Of a stretch of 64,000 nt of DNA, positions 10,234-18,971 are shown piece by piece. Each line of letters begins with the position of its first letter. Positions within the stretch are counted from its first letter, which is position 1. Location of the stretch: IMG/VR virus record IMGVR_UViG_3300042997_001281, positions 117,394 to 181,393 of that record, one strand, 5' to 3'. The stretch is from a virus (taxonomy: Duplodnaviria > Heunggongvirae > Uroviricota > Caudoviricetes). A program made the position numbers and the translations under genes. Below the pieces are notes generated by a model. It did no database searches. It saw nothing but the letters and a program-made list of their open reading frames with translations, and was not told the origin of the DNA.

Positions 10234-10761
10234 ATGGCATTTATAAGAAGAAATTTTGATGACACTCTTGTTAGAGAATTTGGAATTAAATTTACAAAAG
10301 AACAGTTTGGTTTACTATTTGAAAACCACCCAAACAAAATTGCGATAGACCTAATCAACCCTGAAGATTACAATAAAGGAGTTGAGATGGAAGGAGGAGG
10401 ATGGGAAGGTGATTTTTGGTTAAATGAGAAATATGTGAAGATTAGTAAATTAGATTTTGGTACAATTAATATCCCAATCAGGAAAACAAAATATTGGTAT
10501 GATAAAATAAATGAAGTTTTACTTCCGAATAGGAAAAAAAATCTGTTTATTCGCACCAATAAAGACTTCACCCAAGCGATTGTAATTAAACCAACAACAA
10601 TTAAGAACAGAAACAAAATACTGTGGACCGAGTTCCAACCAAACAATAGTACTGAAGTTGAGAAGTGGATGTCATTCAGACAAGAACACGTAGACACATA
10701 CGACTTGGTTGGTGGTAAATGGAAAAAACAACGAATTAAAAAGAAAAATGGCATACAATAA
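10234..10761 (+). CDS. Hypothetical protein, possible restriction-like PD-(D/E)XK endonuclease
   Basis: IDL...GVEME...W and TINIPIRK pattern. Confidence 0.35.
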   Translation: MAFIRRNFDDTLVREFGIKFTKEQFGLLFENHPNKIAIDLINPEDYNKGVEMEGGGWEGDFWLNEKYVKISKLDFGTINIPIRKTKYWYDKINEVLLPNRKKNLFIRTNKDFTQAIVIKPTTIKNRNKILWTEFQPNNSTEVEKWMSFRQEHVDTYDLVGGKWKKQRIKKKNGIQ

Positions 10762-13090
10762 CCCATACATTAAAGTAACTTGGCAGGATACACCTGAGAA
10801 TTTTACCCCTGAAAAAATCAGAAGTGTTAAATCCTATTTCCAAAATAAATACAATAGTAAGAATGTTCAAATTATTACTAAGACCGTTTCTAATGTTGAG
10901 GATACGAAATTAAAGTCACTTGATATTTCTGAAAACATTTCAGATAACGATTATCAAAAAACCTTAATGAAGGATTTTGTTGAGGAAAACAAAATTGATG
11001 TTATTTGGGAAAGACTTGACAAGTTGGATAATAAAGTCAACGAAGAGTTATTACATATTAACGGTAGTAAAGTAAAATATAATAAGTGGTTCATTAAGAA
11101 AGTAGAATTTTCAAACTTTCTTTCTTATGGTAACGATAATATTATTGATTTTACAGATTTACCTGGAATCACTGTTGTTGAGTCAACACCTAAAAACTTT
11201 GGGGGTAAATCAACTGCAACAGTTGACCTATTAATGTTCTTATTCTTCAATAAGACAACTAAGACCAAAACCAATATTGAAATCTTTAATCGTTTTACAG
11301 ACATCGATGATGTATATGTAAAAGGGTTTGTGTCGATAGATGGTGACGATTACGTTATTGAACGAATCACTAATCGTAAAAAAGGTAGAAGTGGTGATTA
11401 TACCGTTACCAATAAACTTGAGTTCTACAGACAAAATCTTGACGGTACCATTGAGAACTTAAATGGTGAACAACGTAGAGAAACTGAGGCGTTTATTACG
11501 TCCGCAATTGGTTCAGAAGAGGACTTCTTATCGACTATCTTAACAACAGGATATAACTTGGAGGAGTTAATTGAATCTAAACCAACCGCACGTGGACAAA
11601 TCCTTACTAAATTCTTAGGATTGGAAACCCTTAAACAAAAGGAGGAGATTTGTAAGAGTATTCAAACTGAGTGGTCTAAAAAACTAACATCCAACAATTA
11701 TAATACAATTCAGTTAGAAACAGACATCACCCAATACAAAGAAGAGATTGAAACCAATCAAAACAATATTCTAAAATATCAGGGAGAGTTAGAAACAACA
11801 CAAACTAACTTATTGGAACTTGAAACGAAAAAAGAAGATGCGTTAAAGAGAAGAAACAACGACATCGACCAAGAGTTAATCAGGACAAACCCCGACCAAA
11901 TCAAATCGGATATCAATGCGTTCAATGTTTCAAAAACTTCTGCGGTAAACAACGCAAAATCTGTCGATGTAAAAGAACCATCTCAATATTATGATGAGGA
12001 TGCCCATCAAAAACAAAATGATATAATCAACAACATTATTGTTGAAGGTAGAGCGAATACAGGTGAGATTACCCGTTTAGAAAATTTGGTTAAACAATTG
12101 ACCGAGGGTTCAATTTGTCCAACATGTAAACGAGCACTTGCGGACGTTGACCACACTGATGAGATTAATAAAATTAAAGAGGACATCAAAAAACTGTACG
12201 ATTTAAAAGATGGTTTCACAAAGAACTTGAACGAACAGAATGAACTTCAAACGGTATTCGTTAACTTGAAGAAAGAGTTTGATGAGTACGAGAAGAATAA
12301 GTTAAAGAAGGCTCGTTATGAACTCGAGTCGGAACAAAAACAAAATGAAATTGATAAGTTACAAACCAAGTTAGACAACTTTGACCGTAACAAACAAAAG
12401 TTAGAGGAGAATAAAAAGATTGATACGGATTTGGTTGGTTTGAGAACACAGATTGAAACCGCAAACGCCAACATTCGTAACTACAATTCACTAATTGAAA
12501 GATGTAACAGTAACATCTCCGTACTAAATGATAAGATTAAGACTTCAGAAGAATTAATCGCAAAAATCAAAGTAGAGAATGAAACTCAGGCAATCTTCAA
12601 AGTGTATTTAACTGTGTTTGGTAAAAATGGAATCTCTAAGGTTGTTCTTAAAAACATGATTCCATTAATCAATCAGGAGTTGTATCGTTTGTTGGTTGAT
12701 AGTTGTCACTTCATATTGGAATTGAATATTAATGAAAAGAATGAGGTTGAATTCGTAATGATTGACACAGAAACAAGAGTTGTAAAACCACTTAATTCTG
12801 GTTCAGGTTATGAACGTACCATTTCATCGTTAGCACTTAGAAGTGTATTAACTAAGATATCATCATTACCAAAACCAAACATCGTTGTGATGGATGAGGT
12901 GTTCGGTAAGATTGCAGATGAGAACTTGGAGATGGTTGGTGAGTTCTTCAAAAAGATTAAAACTTACTTTGACCATATATTTGTTATCTCACACAATACA
13001 TTAATACGTAATTGGTCCGATAACTTGATTATGGTTAAAAAAGAGGATAACATAAGTTCTGTGGATTATGTTACCCCCAAAATTTCCTAA
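10709..13090 (+). CDS. sbcC: SbcC/Rad50-like SMC ATPase with N-terminal extension (likely start ATG 10748)
   Basis: Walker A NFGGKST, CPTC zinc hook in the coiled coil, variant signature NSGSGYE, Walker B VVMDE, ISH. Confidence 0.9.
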   Translation: MVVNGKNNELKRKMAYNNPYIKVTWQDTPENFTPEKIRSVKSYFQNKYNSKNVQIITKTVSNVEDTKLKSLDISENISDNDYQKTLMKDFVEENKIDVIWERLDKLDNKVNEELLHINGSKVKYNKWFIKKVEFSNFLSYGNDNIIDFTDLPGITVVESTPKNFGGKSTATVDLLMFLFFNKTTKTKTNIEIFNRFTDIDDVYVKGFVSIDGDDYVIERITNRKKGRSGDYTVTNKLEFYRQNLDGTIENLNGEQRRETEAFITSAIGSEEDFLSTILTTGYNLEELIESKPTARGQILTKFLGLETLKQKEEICKSIQTEWSKKLTSNNYNTIQLETDITQYKEEIETNQNNILKYQGELETTQTNLLELETKKEDALKRRNNDIDQELIRTNPDQIKSDINAFNVSKTSAVNNAKSVDVKEPSQYYDEDAHQKQNDIINNIIVEGRANTGEITRLENLVKQLTEGSICPTCKRALADVDHTDEINKIKEDIKKLYDLKDGFTKNLNEQNELQTVFVNLKKEFDEYEKNKLKKARYELESEQKQNEIDKLQTKLDNFDRNKQKLEENKKIDTDLVGLRTQIETANANIRNYNSLIERCNSNISVLNDKIKTSEELIAKIKVENETQAIFKVYLTVFGKNGISKVVLKNMIPLINQELYRLLVDSCHFILELNINEKNEVEFVMIDTETRVVKPLNSGSGYERTISSLALRSVLTKISSLPKPNIVVMDEVFGKIADENLEMVGEFFKKIKTYFDHIFVISHNTLIRNWSDNLIMVKKEDNISSVDYVTPKIS

Positions 13091-13802
13091 AACCAAAAAT
13101 TTTTCTTATTTTTATAAAAAACAAATTATGAACACAAACGATTATAAAGACTTTGGATTATATGCCAAAGACAAAGGTATCAGTAGTCTAAGTCTACACA
13201 ATTTCAATAAACAAATTGAATCAAGTCTAACACCTTATATCCTTGAGGAAAGACAAATGAACATCACCGTAATGGATGTGTTCTCTCGTTTAATGATGGA
13301 ACGTATCATATGGGTTGCCGGTGAGGTAAACGACCACATGTCAACAATTGTCCAAGCACAGTTGATGTTCTTGGATAGTATAGATAATAATGATATAACA
13401 ATGCATATTGATAGTCCCGGCGGTTCAGTTAAATCTGGTTTGTCAATGGTTGACGTAATGGATTACATCAATTCAGACATCCGTACAATTAACACCGGTA
13501 TGGCGGCATCAATGGGTTCCATTCTACTCGGAGCGGGCACAGTTGGAAAGAGAAGTTCACTTCGTTTCTCACGCACAATGTTACACCAATCTTCAGGTGG
13601 TTTTAGAGGAAACATCCAAGATGCGAGAATTGACATGATTGAGTGGGACAAACTCAACAATGTTCTCTTTGAATTATTGGGTTCTTACTGTAATAAACCG
13701 GCAGAACAGGTTAAAAATGATGCATCGAGAGACTTGTGGTTATCTGCCGATGACGCTCTTGAGTACGGAATCATTGATGAAATTATCCGTAAGAAGAAGT
13801 AA
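13068..13802 (+). CDS. clpP: ATP-dependent Clp protease proteolytic subunit (likely start ATG 13128)
   Basis: DVFSRLMMERII, IDSPGGSV, GMAASMG (catalytic Ser), MLHQ (His), RDLWLSA..ALEYGIID. Confidence 0.95.
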   Translation: MLPPKFPKTKNFSYFYKKQIMNTNDYKDFGLYAKDKGISSLSLHNFNKQIESSLTPYILEERQMNITVMDVFSRLMMERIIWVAGEVNDHMSTIVQAQLMFLDSIDNNDITMHIDSPGGSVKSGLSMVDVMDYINSDIRTINTGMAASMGSILLGAGTVGKRSSLRFSRTMLHQSSGGFRGNIQDARIDMIEWDKLNNVLFELLGSYCNKPAEQVKNDASRDLWLSADDALEYGIIDEIIRKKK

Positions 13803-13810
13803 CTAAAAAT

Positions 13811-13834
13811 GGGGGAGACATTTTCCCCCTTCTT
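13811..13834 (+). terminator. Intrinsic terminator after clpP
   Basis: GGGGGA...TCCCCC stem followed by TTCTT. Confidence 0.55.
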
Positions 13835-13857
13835 CATATTTATAATAAAATATAGGT

Positions 13858-14214
13858 ATGAATAAAGTAACATCTTTTATCGGTAAAAACTACAAAATTA
13901 TCTTAGGTTTACTGTTTGGGCTGTTTGTGTTATATTGGATGATTTTCGTATTAACACCTTCAGTTTCAATGTCCGGCAAAGAAAAGTCACAAATTGACTC
14001 ATTAAATGTCGTAATTCAAGGTCTTCATAAAGAGAACGCAAAATTAGATAGTACCATTCTTGGTCTAAATAAAGAAATTGACGCGGTTGACAAACAAATT
14101 GAAGAAATAAAACATAAAAAAACAACAGTTAAAAAAGAATATCATGAGAAAATTAATCGTGTTAATACTTACACTGAGCCTGAGCTTGACAGCTTTTTCT
14201 CAGACAGATACTAG
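13858..14214 (+). CDS. N-anchored membrane coiled-coil protein (spanin-like)
   Basis: Single N-terminal TM helix followed by a long coiled coil. Confidence 0.4.
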   Translation: MNKVTSFIGKNYKIILGLLFGLFVLYWMIFVLTPSVSMSGKEKSQIDSLNVVIQGLHKENAKLDSTILGLNKEIDAVDKQIEEIKHKKTTVKKEYHEKINRVNTYTEPELDSFFSDRY

Positions 14215-14554
14215 TATTAAAGTTAAATGTCTACCAGTATCAACTTTTAAGAAAATCGCACAAGATTTATTAAGAGGTGATTCAGCAATGGCTGAGTTAA
14301 AATTAGTTAACGAACAACTAATTAAAACCGAGGAAAAGGTAATACTTAAAGATAGTGTCATCTCAACTATGCAAATCAAAGAACAGAATTACATATCAAT
14401 AGTTGACGCTCAAAACCAAAAATATACTGTGTTAGAAGGATATACTAAAAAACTTGAATTTCAATTAAAGAAAGAGAAAGTAAAAGGTAAATTCAAAACA
14501 ATCCTTGGTGGTGGTATGGTTGCAGTTTTAGGAGTTTTATTGTTGTTACCTTAA
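14144..14554 (+). CDS. Signal-peptide coiled-coil protein with C-terminal TM (spanin-like partner)
   Basis: Signal peptide MRKLIVLILTLSLSLTAFS, coiled coil, hydrophobic C-terminus; overlaps the upstream gene by 71 nt. Confidence 0.4.
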   Translation: MRKLIVLILTLSLSLTAFSQTDTSIKVKCLPVSTFKKIAQDLLRGDSAMAELKLVNEQLIKTEEKVILKDSVISTMQIKEQNYISIVDAQNQKYTVLEGYTKKLEFQLKKEKVKGKFKTILGGGMVAVLGVLLLLP

Positions 14555-14571
14555 ATACATTTTTATTATAT

Positions 14572-15036
14572 ATGAAAACATTTTTATTGTTTTTATACGG
14601 AACATTTGAAGATATTGAGGATATTGAATTTTTCTGTATGGAAATTTTAGGTACAAGTCCAGCAGTTAATTCTGTTAGATTTGTGATTGAAAATAATAAG
14701 AATATAATTGTTATATTTGATTCTGAAATGGAAAGAAAAGAATTATCCGCAGAACTTCATAGTATTCTAGTTAATGATACCGTGAAGTTTTACTTTCTTT
14801 TTGACCGTGAGAACATCTACAGTGCCAATTTACCTGTACAGATGAAAGAATTCATCTTTAAACCAAAAGAAAATCACACATCCCTTAGAGTGGAGTATCC
14901 ATTGGATAAAGACGTTAAAGACCCTATTAACTTCGAAACCATGGATTTAGATATTATCCTCGAAAAAATAGAACAGTTTGGTGTTGGGAGTTTAACGGAA
15001 GACGAAAAAAACTTTCTAGATAACTTTGAAAATTAA
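14572..15036 (+). CDS. Hypothetical protein with C-terminal DUF6576-like motif
   Basis: LDIILEKIEQFGVGSLTEDEKNFL. Confidence 0.45.
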   Translation: MKTFLLFLYGTFEDIEDIEFFCMEILGTSPAVNSVRFVIENNKNIIVIFDSEMERKELSAELHSILVNDTVKFYFLFDRENIYSANLPVQMKEFIFKPKENHTSLRVEYPLDKDVKDPINFETMDLDIILEKIEQFGVGSLTEDEKNFLDNFEN

Positions 15037-15055
15037 AAAAATATTCGTACATTTG
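15025..15055 (+). promoter_or_regulatory. Full-consensus Bacteroidota housekeeping promoter upstream of the phage sigma factor
   Basis: TTTG(15025-28)-N19-TACATTTG(15048-55) matches -33 TTTG / -7 TAnnTTTG. Confidence 0.7.
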
Positions 15056-15077
15056 TAGTGAACCAAACAACAAATTT

Positions 15078-15887
15078 ATGAGTAAATCAATATTAATCAA
15101 CACGGAGGAAATACAACAATACATAAAAGACCTTAGAAAGATTAAAGTTATTTCTCACGAGAGACAAGAAATAATTTTTACTGAACTAAAAAGAAAAGAC
15201 CTACCAAAAAAAGAAAGAGAAAATTATCTCAATGAATTAGTTGTAGGAAATCTTCGTTTTGTTATTACCGTTGCCAAATTATATCAAGGTCAAGGAATGG
15301 ATATTATGGATTTAATATCTGAAGGTAATATCGGTCTAATGAAAGCGTCGGAAAGATTCGACCCAACTAGTGGTTTCAAATTTATATCATACGCCGTTTG
15401 GTGGGTGAAACAATCAATCATGGCATCTCTTAATGAGAATGCAAGAATCATTCGATTACCTTCGAATATCATTCAAGAAAATCAGAAAAGACAAAAAAAC
15501 CAACCATACAAAGACGACCAATTTTTCATTAACTATGAAGATAAGGGAAGAGATTTTATTTTACCACATTGTGTAAACCTTAATGATGAAATAAATGAAG
15601 ATGGGGACCAACTTATTGATGTAATCCCAAATAAAGATGCCGATGACCCTGAGGCACTATTAAACACTCCCGAAGAAGTTCGTAGAAGAGTGGATATGAT
15701 GTTATCTATCTTAGATGACAGAGAAAAGGTCATAATTGAAAAATCCTACGGTCTTGCTGGTGTAGAAATGAATTTGGAAGACCTCGGTGAAGAGTTTGGA
15801 TGTACCAAAGAACGTATTAGACAACTACGTGACAAGGCACTTAAAAAACTTAGAAACGATAGTTATGGATTACTAAACTATTTATAA
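15078..15887 (+). CDS. RNA polymerase sigma70-family factor (RpoD/RpoS-like, short form)
   Basis: Region 2 NLRFVITVAK..DLISEGNIGL..ERFDP..KFISYAVWWVKQ; region 4 HTH LEDLGEEFGCTKERIRQL. Confidence 0.92.
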   Translation: MSKSILINTEEIQQYIKDLRKIKVISHERQEIIFTELKRKDLPKKERENYLNELVVGNLRFVITVAKLYQGQGMDIMDLISEGNIGLMKASERFDPTSGFKFISYAVWWVKQSIMASLNENARIIRLPSNIIQENQKRQKNQPYKDDQFFINYEDKGRDFILPHCVNLNDEINEDGDQLIDVIPNKDADDPEALLNTPEEVRRRVDMMLSILDDREKVIIEKSYGLAGVEMNLEDLGEEFGCTKERIRQLRDKALKKLRNDSYGLLNYL

Positions 15888-15898
15888 AATAAAAAATT

Positions 15899-16186
15899 AT
15901 GAAAAAGTTCGTTGAAAATAACTTCATTGTAATTGTTCTTGTAATTGCCGTGTTAACATTCCTTAAAGGATGTGGTGACGGTAGAGAATTGTCTAAAATG
16001 AGAAAAGAAATCGAGACAATTAAAGATTCGACTTATACAAAAGAAGAATTAAATGTTAGATTACAAATTGAAGGATTGAAGGCAGAAAAAAGAATGATTC
16101 AATCAACAGACAGAAAGATTTTAGATGTTACAAGACAAACCGAAATCGACAATGAATTAAAATCATTAGAATCAAAATTGAATTAA
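15899..16186 (+). CDS. Small membrane-anchored coiled-coil protein
   Basis: N-terminal hydrophobic helix ending LKGC, then coiled coil; stop overlaps the next start. Confidence 0.45.
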   Translation: MKKFVENNFIVIVLVIAVLTFLKGCGDGRELSKMRKEIETIKDSTYTKEELNVRLQIEGLKAEKRMIQSTDRKILDVTRQTEIDNELKSLESKLN

Positions 16187-17409
16187 TGGAGACTTGGTTT
16201 AAAAGGAATTATAAAACAATCATTATATCGGCATTTTTAATACCGATTATTACGGTTGCATTGGTATCTATATCACACGTAACAAAGTGGTATGGGTTAT
16301 CAAACCCAGTTACTTGGGCGGTTTACCTATCAATTGGTATTGAGATTGCCGCATTATCAGCACTTGCAGCAATTTCCGCCGATATGGGTAGAAAAGTATA
16401 TTTTCCATTTGGTATAGTGACCCTTATTCAATTTATTGGTAATGTCTATTTTGCGTATTCGTTTATTGATGTTACGAGTGACTCATTTAAATCATGGGTA
16501 GAATTGGTTGCCCCATTTGTTGAATTCATGGGAGTTGACCAAACAGACCTTGTTGGTCATAAACGATTCTTATCGTTTTTTGCTGGTGGAATGTTACCAA
16601 TCATTTCATTGTCATTCTTACACATGTTAGTTAAGTTTACTCAAGAAAATAAAGAAAGGGGAATTGACGCAATTATTGATGATGGTGGTATTAGTGAATA
16701 CATAAGGGAGCAGAAAAATAAATCCAAAGAAGAAGTTAAAGAAGAAATCCCTGTGGTTGATGCAAAAGACATTGTTGGTGAGGTTTCAAGAGTTAGATTA
16801 ACTGAAGAAGATTTGGCCATATTGGAAAGATATTTAAACAACCCACCTAAACCAAATGATACGTTAGTTAAGGCGGCGGAGGAGTATAAAAAACAACAAG
16901 AACCCCAAATTACTGAACAACCTATTGGGGTCTATGAAAAAGAATTAGATGGATTTGGTACGGAACCACTTATTATACCTGAGGTGACTCCAACCCCTAC
17001 AATTACAGTAACACCAACCCCAACTAATACCCCAACAGAGACACCTACAATTACAGTAACACCAACCCCAACTAATACCCCAACAGAGACACCTACAATG
17101 ACTCCAACAGAGACTGAGGTTCCGACATTCACCCCAACCGCAACGGTAACACCAGAGGAGGTTATAGAGGTTTTACTCGAAAATATTCCTGTGGTTGAAG
17201 TACCACAATTAACGATTGAGGATATGCCAATTGAATCGGATGAAATATATTCACCTGAAGATATGGAAGAGTTTAAAGAGTGGGATATTACGTTAATGGA
17301 TGGTTTTGAAGATGAACCACCATACGAGGAACCATTATCAGAACCTCTTATCGAAACACCAACTGAAGAACTTCCAACGATAGAATCTGAGGAAGAAAAA
17401 AAAAAGTAA
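16186..17409 (+). CDS. Multi-TM membrane protein with long acidic, Thr/Pro-rich C-terminal tail
   Basis: About four TM helices in the first 150 aa; TP tract; ends on an A10 run (A AAA AAG TAA). Confidence 0.6.
   Translation: METWFKRNYKTIIISAFLIPIITVALVSISHVTKWYGLSNPVTWAVYLSIGIEIAALSALAAISADMGRKVYFPFGIVTLIQFIGNVYFAYSFIDVTSDSFKSWVELVAPFVEFMGVDQTDLVGHKRFLSFFAGGMLPIISLSFLHMLVKFTQENKERGIDAIIDDGGISEYIREQKNKSKEEVKEEIPVVDAKDIVGEVSRVRLTEEDLAILERYLNNPPKPNDTLVKAAEEYKKQQEPQITEQPIGVYEKELDGFGTEPLIIPEVTPTPTITVTPTPTNTPTETPTITVTPTPTNTPTETPTMTPTETEVPTFTPTATVTPEEVIEVLLENIPVVEVPQLTIEDMPIESDEIYSPEDMEEFKEWDITLMDGFEDEPPYEEPLSEPLIETPTEELPTIESEEEKKK
16996..17099 (+). repeat. Exact 48-nt tandem duplication (about 2.2 copies) encoding TITVTPTPTNTPTETP
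   Basis: cctacaattacagtaacaccaaccccaactaataccccaacagagaca repeated head to tail. Confidence 0.9.
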
Positions 17410-17615
17410 CAGAGTCCCAATCCCAAGTAATAAATTCTCCAAACGATGGTTTGGAAAAGGTTACGGATACTATTAAAAATGATGACCTTTATTGGGAATC
17501 TGAGGACAATAACGTGGAGGAGACACCAACGGCGGAGTTATCGCCAAGACCTTCCCCCATGAGAAAAACGATTACAAGGAATGTTGGAAATACACAACGT
17601 AGAAGGTTTAGATAG
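17391..17615 (+). other. Start-less -1-frame ORF continuing 16186..17409 past the A AAA AAG slippery site (candidate frameshift extension, about 70 aa)
   Basis: Frame opens after TGA 17388-90, first ATG only at 17559, closes at TAG 17613-15; reads KKVTESQSQVINSPNDGLEK...RRRFR. Confidence 0.5.
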
Positions 17616-18204
17616 TAAGGTACTAAACATAACAAAAAGAAAAACAAAAAAAACCCAAATATTACTATACGATACCGGTAGAAGAGCCGACGACTTCATT
17701 AATAAGTTAAAGTATAGAAATAACGGGAAATACTCTGAAATACCACATTTCGTGGTTACTAAATTAGGTACGGTGTATCAATTATACGATACAAATTACT
17801 ACTCAAATACTTTTGAGGAACCTAAAGTAGATAAACAATTTATTAAAATAGCAATTGAAAACCTCGGGTGGTTAAGTAAAAATACCATCACGGGGTTTTT
17901 AAATAATTGGATTGGAGACCCATATAGGTCCGAACCATTCGTTAGGAATTGGAGAAACTATTATTTCTGGGATAAGTACAGTGACAGTCAATTAGAGTCT
18001 GTTGCTGACCTGTGTGACCACTTATGTGGGTTACATAGTATACCTAAACAGGTGGTACAATCACAAGGTTATTTAGAAAATGTCATAAAATTCCATGGAG
18101 TTGTTTGTAAATCCAACTTTTCGAATATTTATACAGATATAAACCCATCATTTAATTTTAGAATATTTTTTAGAAATGAGCAACAAGAAACAGACACCAT
18201 ATGA
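17581..18204 (+). CDS. N-acetylmuramoyl-L-alanine amidase (Amidase_2)-fold protein, Zn ligands apparently lost
   Basis: KTQILLYDTG / HFVV.K.GTVYQL / IAIEN layout of phage amidases, but HHT is replaced by YDT. Confidence 0.55.
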   Translation: MLEIHNVEGLDSKVLNITKRKTKKTQILLYDTGRRADDFINKLKYRNNGKYSEIPHFVVTKLGTVYQLYDTNYYSNTFEEPKVDKQFIKIAIENLGWLSKNTITGFLNNWIGDPYRSEPFVRNWRNYYFWDKYSDSQLESVADLCDHLCGLHSIPKQVVQSQGYLENVIKFHGVVCKSNFSNIYTDINPSFNFRIFFRNEQQETDTI

Positions 18205-18730
18205 CGAGATGAAAGGTTTCCTCAATATAATGAGAAATCTTAACGAGTCAAAAGTGACAAACAAGAAAACAATCACCGAAGAGGTTGAGGAAACAAGACC
18301 AATGGAACCCGGTGACGATATTAATGAACCAGCACCTGAGTCAAGTCAAGAACAGTTTGACAACGTAGAAGTGGTTAACGATGTGGAAGTTAAATTACTT
18401 TCATATGACCAAGAGGATGTTAAACTACAGGAAGATGAAAAGGGTTCAATAAGTCAATTGATTGACTCATTCAGACAACAAGTCGCACAACTTGCGGAAT
18501 TAGACCCAGGTTTTACAATTGACGATAACCAAATTAGGTTAGATGGTACTATTAGTGACTTAGACATCAACTTTGTAATGATTGTTGGTCAAGATGGTGG
18601 TTTATATATTAACTCAGACATGTTACCAATTGAAAACGAAACTATGACTATGTTAGACAAGTTAGTTAAGTTTTTACCGACATATACATCGGCAATGGAA
18701 CCTTTGATTAGAACAAGAAGAAACACATAA
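18176..18730 (+). CDS. Hypothetical acidic protein
   Basis: 184-aa ORF with A-rich leader, coupled to its neighbours. Confidence 0.6.
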   Translation: MSNKKQTPYDEMKGFLNIMRNLNESKVTNKKTITEEVEETRPMEPGDDINEPAPESSQEQFDNVEVVNDVEVKLLSYDQEDVKLQEDEKGSISQLIDSFRQQVAQLAELDPGFTIDDNQIRLDGTISDLDINFVMIVGQDGGLYINSDMLPIENETMTMLDKLVKFLPTYTSAMEPLIRTRRNT

Positions 18731-18731
18731 G

Positions 18732-18971
18732 ATGGCATTATCAAGCGCAGATATTAAAGAGATTGAAAAAATTTCAAGGAAAGAAATGAAAGACTTCCTT
18801 GAGTCCACTCAAGCACATAATATCGTTATTAAGATGATACAAAAGGAAACCGGTGCAAAAAGTATCGACGACAGAATTGTGGACCTATCAACTAAGGTGG
18901 TTGTTGAACTATTCAAAACTCTTTGGCAGCGTAAGTCGTTTTGGGAAAGTTCATTAAAGAGTGTCAAGTAA
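18732..18971 (+). CDS. Hypothetical protein
   Basis: 79-aa helical ORF, 1-nt gap from the upstream gene. Confidence 0.55.
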   Translation: MALSSADIKEIEKISRKEMKDFLESTQAHNIVIKMIQKETGAKSIDDRIVDLSTKVVVELFKTLWQRKSFWESSLKSVK

